Assembly: GCF_006345805.1 (NCBI RefSeq)
Contig: NC_042997.1
Span: 210,986,001-211,050,000 of the forward strand
Length of the DNA stretch: 64,000 nt
Origin: Octopus sinensis
Taxonomy: Eukaryota
Direction of reading: 5' to 3'
The number at the start of each line of letters is the position of its first letter. The first letter of the stretch is position 1. The notes under the pieces are model-generated. The model was not told the DNA's origin, did no database searches, and worked only from the letters and a program-made list of their open reading frames with translations. Positions 22,225-34,800 of the stretch are shown here, in pieces. The position numbers and the translations under genes were made by a program.

Positions 22225-23929
22225 TTAACTGACGATGATGAAGATAAAAATGCAGTGGCTCTCCTGGCTTCCCATCTTAACTGATTGGAAGTGTTATCAT
22301 GTCCAGGTTTGGTCTTGGTGTAAAAGATGGGTTACAGCAAACATTCTGCTCAATTCCACAGTTTTGCTTGTCGTCTGCTTGAGTCTGTCCCTAACGATAT
22401 GTGTGTCTCTGATTACAAGCAGGAGTAGTTGGGGAGCATCATAGCCCTGTGTTGAGAGGGATTCTTTGGGGTTTAACTATTTGGGGACCTTTTGAGTGGG
22501 ATGGGCTAGTCGACCCAAAGAAAATTTTGAGCCCCTCTTGCAAGGTCAGGTGCTGTTTATCTTAACATGAGATCATCCTGTTGCACACATACGGTTGTGA
22601 ATATATCTGCCTGGCTTACCCTTATCAGACGGCTAATCACAATAAATATATTGGGCTTCATATATTTTTACGCTAACGTCACTTTGATGGCATGTGCTGT
22701 CCTTTCACTCAACAACAATAATAATAATAATAATCCTTTCTAGTTTAGGCACAAGGCCTGAAATTTGGGGGAGGGGAATAGTCGATTACATCAACCCCAG
22801 TGTGTAACTGGTACTTAGTTTATCGACCCCGAAAGGATGAAAGGCAAAGTCGACCTCCACAGAATTTGAACTCAGAACGTAGCGGCAGACGAAATACTGC
22901 TAAGCATTTCACACAGCATGCTAATGATTCTGCCAGCTTGCCATCTTAATAAAAATAATTGTAATGGTTTCAAAATTTGGCTCTAGATCAGCAGTTTTAT
23001 GGAAAAGTTAAGTAAATTACGCTCCACCCTGTTTAACTGGTAATTATTTTATTGACTCAAAAAGGATGAAAGCAAAGTCGACATTAATAGCATTTGAACT
23101 CGTAATGTAAAATTACAAGAAATACATCTAGGCACTTTATCCAGCTCACAGTTTTGCCAGGCTATTGTTGTTGTAGTTAGTAATAGTAATAATAATAATA
23201 ATACTGATATTTTTGTTGTTGTTTTTCTTCTTCAACTTGGTTGTTATTTCGGTTCCTTTGAACAATGTACTTTTAAGAAACTGGGATGTGATATCAGGCT
23301 TTTGAAACTTTGGAAGATTACAGCTAAGAGCAAGAATATGGAATTTGTTTTCCTACAGTATTGGATGTTGGCAATTTTTATATACAAATACGTATTATTT
23401 TTTTGTTTGTTTGAAGCCTTGGGAAACTAAACATAACTTGTCTTTGAATTTTCTTCTTTAGCAACTTGATACTAAACCAATTCTGTTTGATATATATCAT
23501 TAGTTCTAGGGAAAGGAAGCTATGTTGTTGTAAAAATACCTGTTCTATGTGTAACTTTACTGATTCCAATATTTCATGATGCCAGCCAGAGCCAAGAATA
23601 CTTAAAATGGAGAAAGATCTTGTGTTTTGTTTGGCGTCTGACTTCAGTCTGTTTGTTACCCGTCTAGTTCACTTCAACCTTGTTTGGCCAGACTGGAGCT
23701 TTACTTTTCCACTTTCTATAGAAGGGAAGCATTCCACTGGTCAAGCAGTCCATCTTTTGCCAGTACTCTCTGCAGATTTTCCTGGACAGTGAACAGGTGT
23801 GATTTCTCTCTTTGACGGAACTGCAGTCTTTTGCCAAGAAAAGAACTAGATTGGATGCTTAGCACCTGGATTCTTGTCCAGTGTTCACCTCTCTCCTTCG
23901 GTCAAGAAATATGGTCAGTGGTAGTTGTA

Positions 23930-24335
23930 TACTCTTTACTCTTTTACTCTTTTCAGTCATTTGACTGCGGCCATGCTGGAGCACCGCCTTTAATCGAGCA
24001 ACTCGACCCCGGGACTTATTCTTTTTGTAAGCCCAGTACTTATTCTATCGATCTCTTTTGCCGAACCGCTAAGTAACGGGGACATAAACACACCAGCATC
24101 GCTTGTCAAGCAATGCTAGGGGGGCAAACACAGACACACAAACACACACACGCATATATATATATACATATATATGACGGGCTTCTTTCAGTTTCCGTCT
24201 ACCAAATCCACTCACAAGGCTTTGGGTCGGCCCGAGGCTATAGTAGAAGACACTTGCCCAAGGTGCCACGCAGTGGGACTGAACCCGGAACCATGTGGTT
24301 GATAAACAAGCTACTTACCACACAGCCACTCCCGC
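23930..24335 (-). mobile_element. SINE family A
   Basis: Full-length copy. A near-identical copy lies at 25207-25611. Confidence 0.9.
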
Positions 24336-25105
24336 AATACATGCGGATCTGGTGGGTGAGATCAGTGACGTTCTGAGGCAAAGCTCTGGGTGTTAAGGAC
24401 GAAGTAGCTGGTCTGTTTTGGGGAACTTTCAGGACAGGAACTACAATGGATAACTTCCAGAAATCCTTGGTGTGGCAGTGCTACCAAGGAGTACTACCAC
24501 CTCTAGATAAACACTCCAGGTGGGACTGCCCCAGATGAAACCATACTGCACACGCTCGTACAGTGTCCGAACATTGCTGACTGGTGCAGTTATGTTGAGT
24601 AGCTGTTGTGATGTGTCAGACGAATCTATTGGCTGAGAGACCCTTGTGAGGTTTTCCCCGCTGCCCAGGCAGTGTTTCTCTGGCTTGTGACTACGGGGGA
24701 TGAGGCTGAAACGATTAAGCATTGACACCTTTCTCTTCAGTCGAGTCCTCGTTGACTTTTTAAAGTTGTATTTCCAAAGGAAAGTGAGGGTATAGAGGGA
24801 AATGCTCCCACTCAGTGAACGGCCCTTCTCTATGCTGTGCCTATAGATTGGAAAATAGTAGTTGGTTGAGGGGTTGATCCCTTTGTGTTCAGGCTGACCC
24901 TGGATTCTGGGGGTTCTTGATTGGCCTTAGAGGACAGCATCATTCATGTATCCACATATTTTGTACACTATACATTTTATTTCATTTGCCTCTCCTCTCC
25001 CTTTCTTCCCCTTTTGTGTAAAACCCTACATAAATTGTAAACTGTCCTTGTTATGTCCTCCTCAGCTCATGTTTCTGTGGCAAATAAAATAAATCATTAT
25101 TATTA
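24336..25105 (+). mobile_element. Tx1/L1-type LINE 3' fragment (zf-RVT region), decayed
   Basis: MDNFQKSLVWQCYQGVLP..CPR*..ETILHTLVQCPNI..W..VE.LL resembles the C-terminal CCHC domain of Tx1/L1 ORF2. Ends in AATAAAATAAATCATTATTATT. Confidence 0.6.
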
Positions 25106-25206
25106 TGTGATGAAAACTCCCAGCTTATTTTGCTGGGTATGATGGAAAGTGTCAGCTGTCCACAGCCAGCAGACTAAGGTGACACTTGTTTTTTTTTTTA
25201 TTATTT

Positions 25207-25418
25207 TTTTTTACTTGTTTCAGTCATTTGGCTGCGGCCATGCTGGAGCACCGCCTTTAATTGAGCAACGCGACCCCGGGACTTATTCTTTTTGTAAGCC
25301 CAGTACTTATTCTATCGGTCTCTTTTTGCCGAACCGCTAAGTAACGGGGACATAAACACACCAGCATCGGTTGTCAAGCAATGCTAGGGGGACAAACACA
25401 GACACACAAACACACACA

Positions 25419-25456
<38 letters not shown>

Positions 25457-25611
25457 TATGACAGGCTTCTTTCAGTTTCCATCTACCAAATCCACCCACA
25501 AGGCTTTGGTCGGCCCGAGGCTATAGTAGAAGACACTTGCCCAAGGTGCCACGCAGTGGGACTGAACCCGGAACCATGTGGCTGGTAAACAAGTAAACAA
25601 GCTACTTACCA
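25207..25611 (-). mobile_element. SINE family A
   Basis: Near full-length copy. Confidence 0.9.
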
Positions 25612-26898
25612 CATTCTTCAAGAACCCTGCAAAGAACTCTTACAGTTCCAAGCAAGGCTGATTTTTGTTGGTGTTCTACCTTCACACTTACACCATATTA
25701 TTCGGAGTCAAAAACTGGGGTTGGTGTAATCACCTCCCCACCCTCAACATTGCTGGGCTTGTGCCAAAATTAGAATTATTATTACTTTTGTTGTTACTAA
25801 ACAAAAAAACTCACCCCAGAGAGCCATTATTTGTGGAATAATACTACTATTTGTCTGAACTGACTCTGTTCCGGCTGAATAACTCTGCAAGTTATTGCCA
25901 ACTTGTAAACACTGACCGCATCACTGGCTGACCATTAATTATAAATACTCTCGGTATTTATAGACACAGCACCACTAAATAAGGGTCAATGTATTTGAAG
26001 TAGAATAGCATTGTTTTCTATTCCTCTCTTCCTCTCTCTCATTTAATTTTCTTTTAGCCAGCATTACATCATCATCATCATCATCATCCTTTTTTCTTGC
26101 AATTAATATAAATACATAATAGAAATATATATTAAAGCCAATTTACTTTCAGTTTTGTTTATTGGTATATTTCAAGCCATTTATTGCAGTTTTCTCTGTC
26201 TGTTTATCTCCCTCTCTCCCCCTCTCGCTCGCTCACTCACTCACTCACATTATACACATAAAAGCACCAACTATTTGTGGCCGTTGCCAGCCTACCCTGG
26301 CACCTAAAAAGCACCACCCGTACGTGGCCGATGCCAGCGCCGCCTTGACTGGCTTCCGTGCCGGTGGCATGTAAAAAGCACCAACGGATCATGGCCATTG
26401 CCAGCCTCGCCTGGCACGTAAAAGGCCACCACTACACTCACGGAATGGTTGGCATTAGGAAGGGCATCCAGCTGTAGAAACACTGCCAGATCGGACTGGA
26501 GCCTGGTGCAGCCATCTGGTTTGCCAGTCCTCAGTCAAAATCGTCCAACCCATGCTAGCATGGGAAATGGATGTTAAACGATGATGATGATATGTATGTG
26601 TGTGGCCCAACAGAGCTAAAAGCTGACTGGCTGAAGCTAATGAAAGCAAAAGGGTTTTTGTGTGTGTGTGTGTGTGTGTGTGTATGCATGCTAAGTTATA
26701 GGGCCATAAACATGCCAACACCAGTTGTGAAGCAGCGGTGGTGGTGGGGCGCAAACCCAGACCAACATGTTATGAAATCCACTTGCAAGGCTTTGGACAG
26801 CTTGAGGCTGTGGTAGAAGATACTTGCTCAAGGTGCCTTGCAGTGGGACTGAACTCGGGGACTGTGGTTGAGAAACAAACTTACAAATAGAATCTCCA

Positions 26899-27290
26899 GG
26901 CGCAGGAGTGGCTGTGTGGTAAGTAGCTTGTCTACCAACCACATGGTTCCGGGTTCAGTCCCACTGCATGGCACCTTGGGCAAGTGTCTTCTACTATAGC
27001 CCCGGGCCGACCAATGCCTTGTGAGTGGATTTGGTAGACAGAAACTGAAAGAAGCCCGTCGTATATATATATATATATGTATGTGTATATATGTTTGTGT
27101 GTCTGTGTTTGTCCCCCTAGCATTGCTTGACAACCAATGCTGGTGTGTTTACGTCCCTGTCACTTAGCGGTTCGGCAAAAGAGACCGATAGAATAAGTAC
27201 TGGGCTTACAAAGAATAAGTCCCGGGGTCGATTTGCACGACTAAAGGCGGTGCTCCAGCATGGCCGCAGTCAAATGACTGAAACAAGTAA
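26899..27290 (+). mobile_element. SINE family A
   Basis: Full-length copy. Confidence 0.9.
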
Positions 27291-27353
27291 GAAAGAGAGA
27301 TGTTACAGGTTTTAAAAGCAATAAAATGATAGAACTAAAGCAATGATGTAGAG

Positions 27354-27880
27354 CAGTGGTTCCCTGCCTGGAGTCTGCAGACCTCTGGGAGTCCGTGAAC
27401 TAAATTCAAAATTTAATATATATACATATCATCATCATCAATCATCATTTAATGTCTGTTTTCCATGCTGGCATGGGTTGGACTGGGTTGGCATGCTGGT
27501 AGGTTGCGCCTGGATCCAGTCTGATTTGGCATGGTTTTCTACAGCTGGATGCCCCTTCTGATGCCAGCCACTCCAAGAGTGTAATGGGTGGTTTTATGTG
27601 CCACCGGCGTGTCACCAGTATCTGCCACAACTGCGTTTTTGCTTGGCTTGATGGGTCTTCTTTTCAATTATGACATAATGCCAAAGGTCTTGGTCATTGC
27701 CTGTGTGAGGCCCAACACTCAAAAGGAATTCACTCACTTTACCTCCATGAGGCTTACCAACCATATGGTCCTGGGTTCAGTCCTACTGCCTGGCACCTTG
27801 GGCAAGTGTCTTCTGCTATAGCCTCGGGCCAACCAAAGCCTTGTGAGTGGATTTGGTAGATGGAAACTGGAAGAAGCGTC

Positions 27881-27935
<55 letters not shown>

Positions 27936-28152
27936 TATGTATGTGTGTGTATATGTTTGTGTGTCTGTGTTTGTCCACCCAACATCACTTGTCAACCGAT
28001 GCTGGTGTATTCACTTCCCCCGTAATGTAGCGGTTCAACAAAAAAGACCAATAGAATAAGTACTAGGCTTACAAAGAAAAAGTCTTGGGGTTGATTTGCT
28101 CAACTAAAGGCGGTGCTCCAGCATGGCTGTTGTCAAATGACTGAAACAAGTT

Positions 28153-28206
<54 letters not shown>

Positions 28207-28932
28207 CAGAAGTTCAGTGAAAGTCTTGGTTAGTTATTACCTCCTTTACTCTTTTACTTGTTTCAGTCATTTGACTGCGGCCATGCTGGAGCACCGCTTT
28301 TAGTCGAGCAAATCGACCCCGGGACTTATTCTTTTTGTAAGCCCAGTACTTATTCTATCGATCTCTTTTGCCGAACCGCTAAGTAACGGGGACGTAAACA
28401 CATCAGCATCGGTTGTCAAGCAATGCTAGGGGGACAAACACAAACACACACATATATATATACATATATATACATATATACAACAGGCTTCTTTCAGTTT
28501 CCGTCTACCAAATCCACTCACAAGGCATTGGTCAGCCCGGGGCTATAGCAGAAGACACTTGCCCAAGATGCCACGCAGTGGGACTGAACCCGGAACCATG
28601 TGGTTGGTTAGCAAGCTACTTACCACACAGCCACTCCTGCGCCTTTACAAATAATATTGAACACTACATTTAATACTCACCTGCAAGGTAACTATATCAA
28701 CCGTGGTTTATATATATCTACTTATTATAATAATGAGAAAATAGAGAGGTAATTAATAAAGTATTATTTATTAATTAAAAAATTGACAAATATCTCTTCC
28801 CTCTATTTTATTATATATCTTATATATACACACACACACACATACATAAGGACAAGCGTATTAAAAGGTGTCCGTGAGAAATCTCATTTAAATAAAAGGG
28901 GTCCTTGGTAGTGAAAAGGGTGGCAACCACTG
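27354..28932. mobile_element. hAT (Charlie-like) MITE expanded by nested SINEs
   Basis: Termini CAGTGGTTCCC / GGCAACCACTG with perfect 8-bp TSD ATGTAGAG (27346-27353, 28933-28940). Contains a family D copy and family A copies at 27740-28150 (+) and 28241-28643 (-). Confidence 0.8.
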
Positions 28933-28957
28933 ATGTAGAGTTTATTTATAGAGTAGT

Positions 28958-29345
28958 GGAGGCGCAATGGCCCAGTGGTTAGGGCAGCGGACTCGCGGTC
29001 ATAGGATCGCGGTTTCAATTCCCAGACCGGGTGTTGTGAGTGTTTATTGAGTGAAAACACCTAAAAGCTCCACGAGGCTCCGGCAGGGGATGGTGGCGAT
29101 ACCCTGCTGTACTCTTTCACCACAACTTTCTCTCACTCTTACTTTCTGTTTCTGTTGTACGTGTATTTCAAAGGGCCGTCCTTGTCACTCTCTGTGTCAC
29201 ACTGAATATCCCCGAGAACTACGTTAAGGGTACACGTGTCTGTGGAGTGCTCAGCCACTTACACGTTAATTTCACGAGCAGGCTGTTTCGTTGATTCGGA
29301 TCAACCGGAACACTCGTCGTCATAACCGACGGAGTGCTTCCATCC
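28958..29345 (+). mobile_element. SINE family B
   Basis: Full-length copy with tRNA-like head. Confidence 0.9.
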
Positions 29346-29771
29346 ATTTATAGAGTAAACTGAAGACTTGGTCACTGCTTGATTCGTGGCTGAATCCTCA
29401 GTTTAAAGTGTGTGTGTGTGTATATCATCATCATTTAATGTCTGCTTTCCATGCTGGCATGGGTTAGATATATCTATTTATTATAATGATGAAGAGCAGG
29501 AAAGCTGGAGGGCTGCACCAGGTTTCAGTCTCATTTTCGCATGGTTTCTATAGCTGGATGCCCTTCCTAATGCCAACCACTCCAAGAGTGTAATGGGTGC
29601 TTTTTACATACCACTTATGTGACACCAGCTTCAGCCACGACTACCGTTTCACTTGGCTTGATAAGTTTTTTCAAGCATGGCATATTGCCAGAGGTGTTGG
29701 TCACTTATCACTGGCTCCATGAGGCCCAGTGTTGGAAGGGTGCGTTTTATGAGCCACCAACACAGATGCCC

Positions 29772-29804
<33 letters not shown>

Positions 29805-29943
29805 ACGGGCTTCTTTTAATTTCTGTCTACCACATCCACTCACAAGACTTTGGTTGGCCCAAGGCTATAGAAGACATTTGCCCAAGGTGCCACACAGTGG
29901 GACTGAACCTGGAACCATGAGGTTGGGAAGCCAGCTTAATTAT

Positions 29944-29973
<30 letters not shown>

Positions 29974-29983
<10 letters not shown>

Positions 29984-30144
29984 TATTTGAGACAAAACCA
30001 CTATTTTGCAAAACAAACAAGGAAAGACTTAATCAATACATAAAATTTAATATTTTTTGACTATTTATTAAATTTTATGTATTGATTAAGTCTTTCCTTG
30101 TTTGTTTTGCAAAATAGTGGTTTTGTCTCAAATAATATTTTATA
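29974..30144. repeat. Perfect inverted repeat (79-bp arms, 13-nt spacer) abutting (TA)n
   Basis: Arms 29974-30052 and 30066-30144 are exact reverse complements. Confidence 0.95.
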
Positions 30145-30239
30145 ATATTTTACTATAAAATTGGATTTAATCCTAAATCTGATTTTTTTTCCTGTAAATT
30201 TGGATATATTCCCTAATATTTATTATTATATATATATAT

Positions 30240-30440
30240 ATATATATATATACATACACACACACACACTTCAGTGTACATACATGCATGCATACATACA
30301 TACTCATATATATATATACATACACACACACACACTTCAGTGTACATACATGCATGCATACATACATACTCATATATATATATACATACACACACACACA
30401 CTTCAGTGTACATACATGCATGCATACATACATACTCATG
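30240..30440. repeat. 66-bp minisatellite, 3 units
   Basis: Anchor CTTCAGTGTACATACATGCATGC recurs at 30269, 30335 and 30401. Confidence 0.9.
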
Positions 30441-30593
30441 CATACATACACATACATCATCATCATTGTTTAACATCCGTTTTCCATGCTGGCATGGGTT
30501 GAATGGTTCAACTGGGGTCTGGAAAGCCAGGAGGCTGCACCAGGCCCCATCAGATGATGATGATGTATGTATGTATATAAATGTATGTGTACG

Positions 30594-30915
30594 TATGAAG
30601 AAATTCCTCATCCACCTTATTCTCCTGACCTTGCTCCTTCAGACTACCGTTTGTTTCGTAGTTTACAGAATCATTTGGGGTACATAAGTTTCGCAAGCCA
30701 GGAGGAGGTCGAAACTGATATTTCAGAGTTCTTTGCTTTGAAACCAAAAGAGTTTTACATTGATGGGATTAAAAATCTTGCAAATATATGATGGAAGGAA
30801 AGAAGTCATAGATAATCAGGGAAAGTACATTGATGATTAAATTTCAATTAAATATAACATTTGATCACTTGTTTTCTTTATTCAAAATTCGGACTGAACT
30901 TATGAGATGACCTGA
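30594..30915 (+). mobile_element. Mariner transposase C-terminal fragment with right TIR
   Basis: HPPYSPDLAPSDYRLFRSLQNHL (third catalytic D motif of mariner)..FYIDGIKNL...W..VIDNQGKYIDD. TIR ...CTTATGAGATGACCTGA followed by TA. Contains a stop and a frameshift. Confidence 0.9.
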
Positions 30916-31619
30916 TACACACACACACACACACACACACTGTATTTGATGCTGTAAAAGATACATAGGCATATTAGATGTACCACGATTCTGGTCATGC
31001 ATATTCCTGAAAACGAGTTTCTAATTCATTTAAGTTTATAGGAGGACCATATTTAGAACAATAGTAACGAGCTTATTGTATTCAGAGCTCAGGTATACTG
31101 AAATTTGTCAGAAAAGGTTGAAAGAGGGGACAGAAAACAGCCCTAATAAGTCAAAGAAAGACTTTTGGGATTTGTGGAATGTTTGAAGGTTGCAGTATCC
31201 TTGGGCAAGTGTCTTCTACTATAGTCTCAGGCCAACCAAAGCCTTGTGAGTGGATTTGGCAGGTGGAAACTGAAAGAATCCCACCCCCTCCTCTCTCTCT
31301 CTGTTTGTCTCCCACCACTGCTTGACAACCATTGTTGGTGTATTTATGTCCCCCAAAACCTAGCAGTTTGGCAAAAGAGACTGATAGAATAAGTAATAGG
31401 CTCAAAACAACAACAGAAAAAAAAGTTCTGAGGTCAATTCATTTGACTAAAAGTTCAAGGTAGAGCCCCAGCATGGCCACAGTCTGATGACTGAAACAAG
31501 TAGGAGATAAACGAATTAAATTAACACATTAGAGCTTTTTCTATAATCACCAAAGCCCCATGATTTTATTGTGATAGCTTACTTGTGTATGATTTGAACT
31601 CGTAACTCTTAATGTACTG

Positions 31620-31830
31620 TATCCCTTGATCCATGATCTCCATTGTGGTACTTGATAGACTGTGGTAGGTTTGGCGATATTGGCAAACATATATTACTGT
31701 TCACCAAAGACGTTTCCCAAGTATAGCTGTACAAGACCAATCTCGGTACCCATCTCTTCAATAGCACTGTCCTAGCTGCACTGTTGTATGTGAGGAAGAT
31801 GTGGACTAGTATGAAAACTGCTTTGAGTAT
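31620..31830 (+). mobile_element. Decayed RTE LINE fragment
   Basis: THLFNSTVLAALLY...W resembles the RTE motif LFNSTVLPALLYGSETW. Confidence 0.45.
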
Positions 31831-34800
31831 CACTGTAGAAGTGTTGGGCCTCACGGAGGCAATGAGGGAGACCTTTGGTATTATGTCATGCTTGAGATGA
31901 AGACCCATCAAGCTGAGCAAGATTGCAGTCATGGCAGATACTGGTGTCACACAAATGGCACCGGTACCAGTGGCACGTAAGAGCACCTACTACACTCTCT
32001 GAGTGGTTGGCATTAGGAAGGGCATCCAGTTGTAGAAACCACACCAAATCAGACTGGAGCCTGGTGCAGCCTTCCAGCTTACCAGCCCTGGTCAAACCAG
32101 CATGGACAATGGACGTGAAATGAAGCATATCAAAAGCAGAGGGACATGACCAGTGTGATCATGGAATATTGAAAGCAGGAATTCCCCAGGGGCCAGGCAT
32201 GTTGCAATGTTCACAGGCAACAGGTCGGCTTGTGTTGGGTGGTATCAAAGTGAAAGGCGGCGAGCTGGCAGAAATGTTAGCACACCGGGCGAAATGCTCA
32301 GCTGTATTTCGTCTGCGGCTACGTTCTAAGTTCAAATTCCGCCAAGGTCGACTTTGCATTTCATCCTTTCAGGGTCGATAAATTAAGTACCAGTTATGCA
32401 CTGGGGTCAATGTAATCGACTTAATCCGTTTGTCTGTCCTTGTTTAGCCCCTTGTGGGTAGTAAAGAAATGGGTGGTATCAAAGTGATTGAAAGGGACCA
32501 CTTGAAAGACCAGTCAAATAATTTGGGTTCGAATGGAAGAAAAAAAGGTGCAATCAAAGGAAGGATAGGAGCAGAGACATCTGATGGTTTGGTTGATAAA
32601 GAATTCTTACAACCAGCTTCCATTGTAGTTTATTGGTGACTTCCATCTTTAAAGACCCTCGTTTGCAAAGTAATCATTTCCCACAGCTATTAAGGTTTGT
32701 GGTTTGGGAAGGAATGCTTTCACATCATAAGTTTGATAGCATTAGCATAAGAAAAGGACATGGCTTTCAATTCTATTACGTTTCAATGTCATTTGAAAGA
32801 GAAGAATAAAGTGGAACAAGTTCATTCTCACATAAATCTGATTTCAGCTGATCAGGGTGGGGGTGAGGGTGTTTGTGGGTGTGCGTTGATACCTTTGAAT
32901 TCTTCCTGTTCAGTGCAACCTTGAAACTATAACAATAAACCTGTTTTACTCTTCTTTGCTCAGTACCAGTGTGGTGTCCACTCCATACTGTACGAGTCTT
33001 ACAGCTCTCTCTCTCTCTCTCTCTTCAAGCTTACATCATACTTTGAAAGAAAAGCGTTGATTGCAGCCAGGTTTATTGACCATAAATATTGATGACTATC
33101 CTCTTAGTGTCACCAAACTGGATAGCAACAAAGGGAACAGGAGTTCAATACCAAACCAGTCATTCATACAAATTTACCACACCTTCACTCTCTCACCTTT
33201 TGCTGCTCAGAGTTATTGAGGGTTGTTTTTGTTTTTTTTTTCTACTGAGTTTTAAGTAAAGATTATTTGGTATTTATAATGTTGAGACTTTCCTTAACCC
33301 ATTATCATTTAAACCAGCCATTGTCAGGGCCAGATATTCTACTTGTTTTACATTCAAACTGGTGAGATCCAGCCTCTCACACTTGCTCTACAATGTCTTT
33401 CTAAACATAAATAAGTAATCCATTGAAATCTCAAAGCTACAAGAAGAAGACACTTGCCCAAGGTGCTACACAGTGAGATTGAACCTAAAACCATGTGGGT
33501 GGGAAGTGATCTTCTTCACCATGGGGCCATGCATGTGAGATTTTTAACCCAAACCATTCAATATCATCTGCTCCAAGAACTTTCTAATTTGATATCTTTT
33601 GAGCATTTCTGTAATATTGATATTCTCTAAGGTGAGAATATCAAACAAGCAGCATCATTTATCTCCTGTCTTTCATGAACACGGGCCTCATGGAGGCAAG
33701 GTGGATGAGTTCCTTTTGAGTGTTGGGCCTCACAGAGGTAATGACCAAAATCTTTGGCATTATGTCATGTTTGAGAAGAAGAGCCAAGCAAAATGGAAGT
33801 CGTGGCAGATACTGGTGTCATGCAAATTGGCACCTGTGCTGGTGGCACATAAAAGCACCCATTACATTCTCAGAGTAGTTGGCATTAGGGAAGGGCATCC
33901 AGCCATAGAAAACCATGCCGAATCAGACTGGAGTCTGGTGCAGCCTTCCAGCTTACCAGCCCTGGTCAAACCGTCCGACCCATGCCAGCATGGACAATGG
34001 ACGTTACATGATGATGATCATAATGATGATGTCCAGCCATGAGGAAAATACTACCTTATTTGAAAAGAAGGAAGAGTTAGCAATAAAAAGAGCACCCAGC
34101 TAGAGAAAATCTGCCTCAGCTAATTCTGTCCTACCCATACTAGCAGGGGAAAGTGGATGTCAAAACAATGGTGAAGGAGACAAAACTATTTCCCAATGAC
34201 AAGTCTTCAAAATTAGATATTTCACCCTCGGTCAGTTAGCTGGCCATGGGTTGGGATGGTTTGACAGGAACTGACAAGGCCCAGAGCTGCACCTGGTTCC
34301 CTTGTCTGTTTTGTCATGGTTTCTGCCACTGGATGCCTTTCCTAATGCCAACCACTTGACAGAGTGGCACTGGGTGCATTTTACATGGCACTAGCGCCAG
34401 TGCTTCCTTACTTCATTCTGTTATGTCTTCAGAATATTTCCTATAATTTCATATATTCTATACTAAGCATTCTGCTCAGTCATTCCTTGCTAAAAATGCC
34501 AGTGTAAGTGGTTCTGTAAAAGACATAGCGTGTAATTCTCAAAGACTACACAGCACTGTCAAAGTCTATCTAAGAATAAAGTCCAGTAATGTAATGGAAT
34601 TGCAGAGGTTTAGTTGCCTTTGTGGGACTCGTGTGTCTCCTCTTCAAAGTCACAGCTAAACTATTGAATGGCTCAGTCACATTAACTACAAACAGGTTCC
34701 ATGAGTAGGTACTGTTTATGGTAGGGTGCTGTATAGTAATTGTTTTGTTTGCTGTATTCCTAGTGAAATCCTGCCATTGGCCTGACGAAGGCAGTAACGA

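Noticed and set aside
28958-29035. tRNA-like sequences (heads of families A, B and C)
   Set aside because: They continue directly into SINE bodies and lack a proper acceptor stem and terminator, so they are not tRNA genes.
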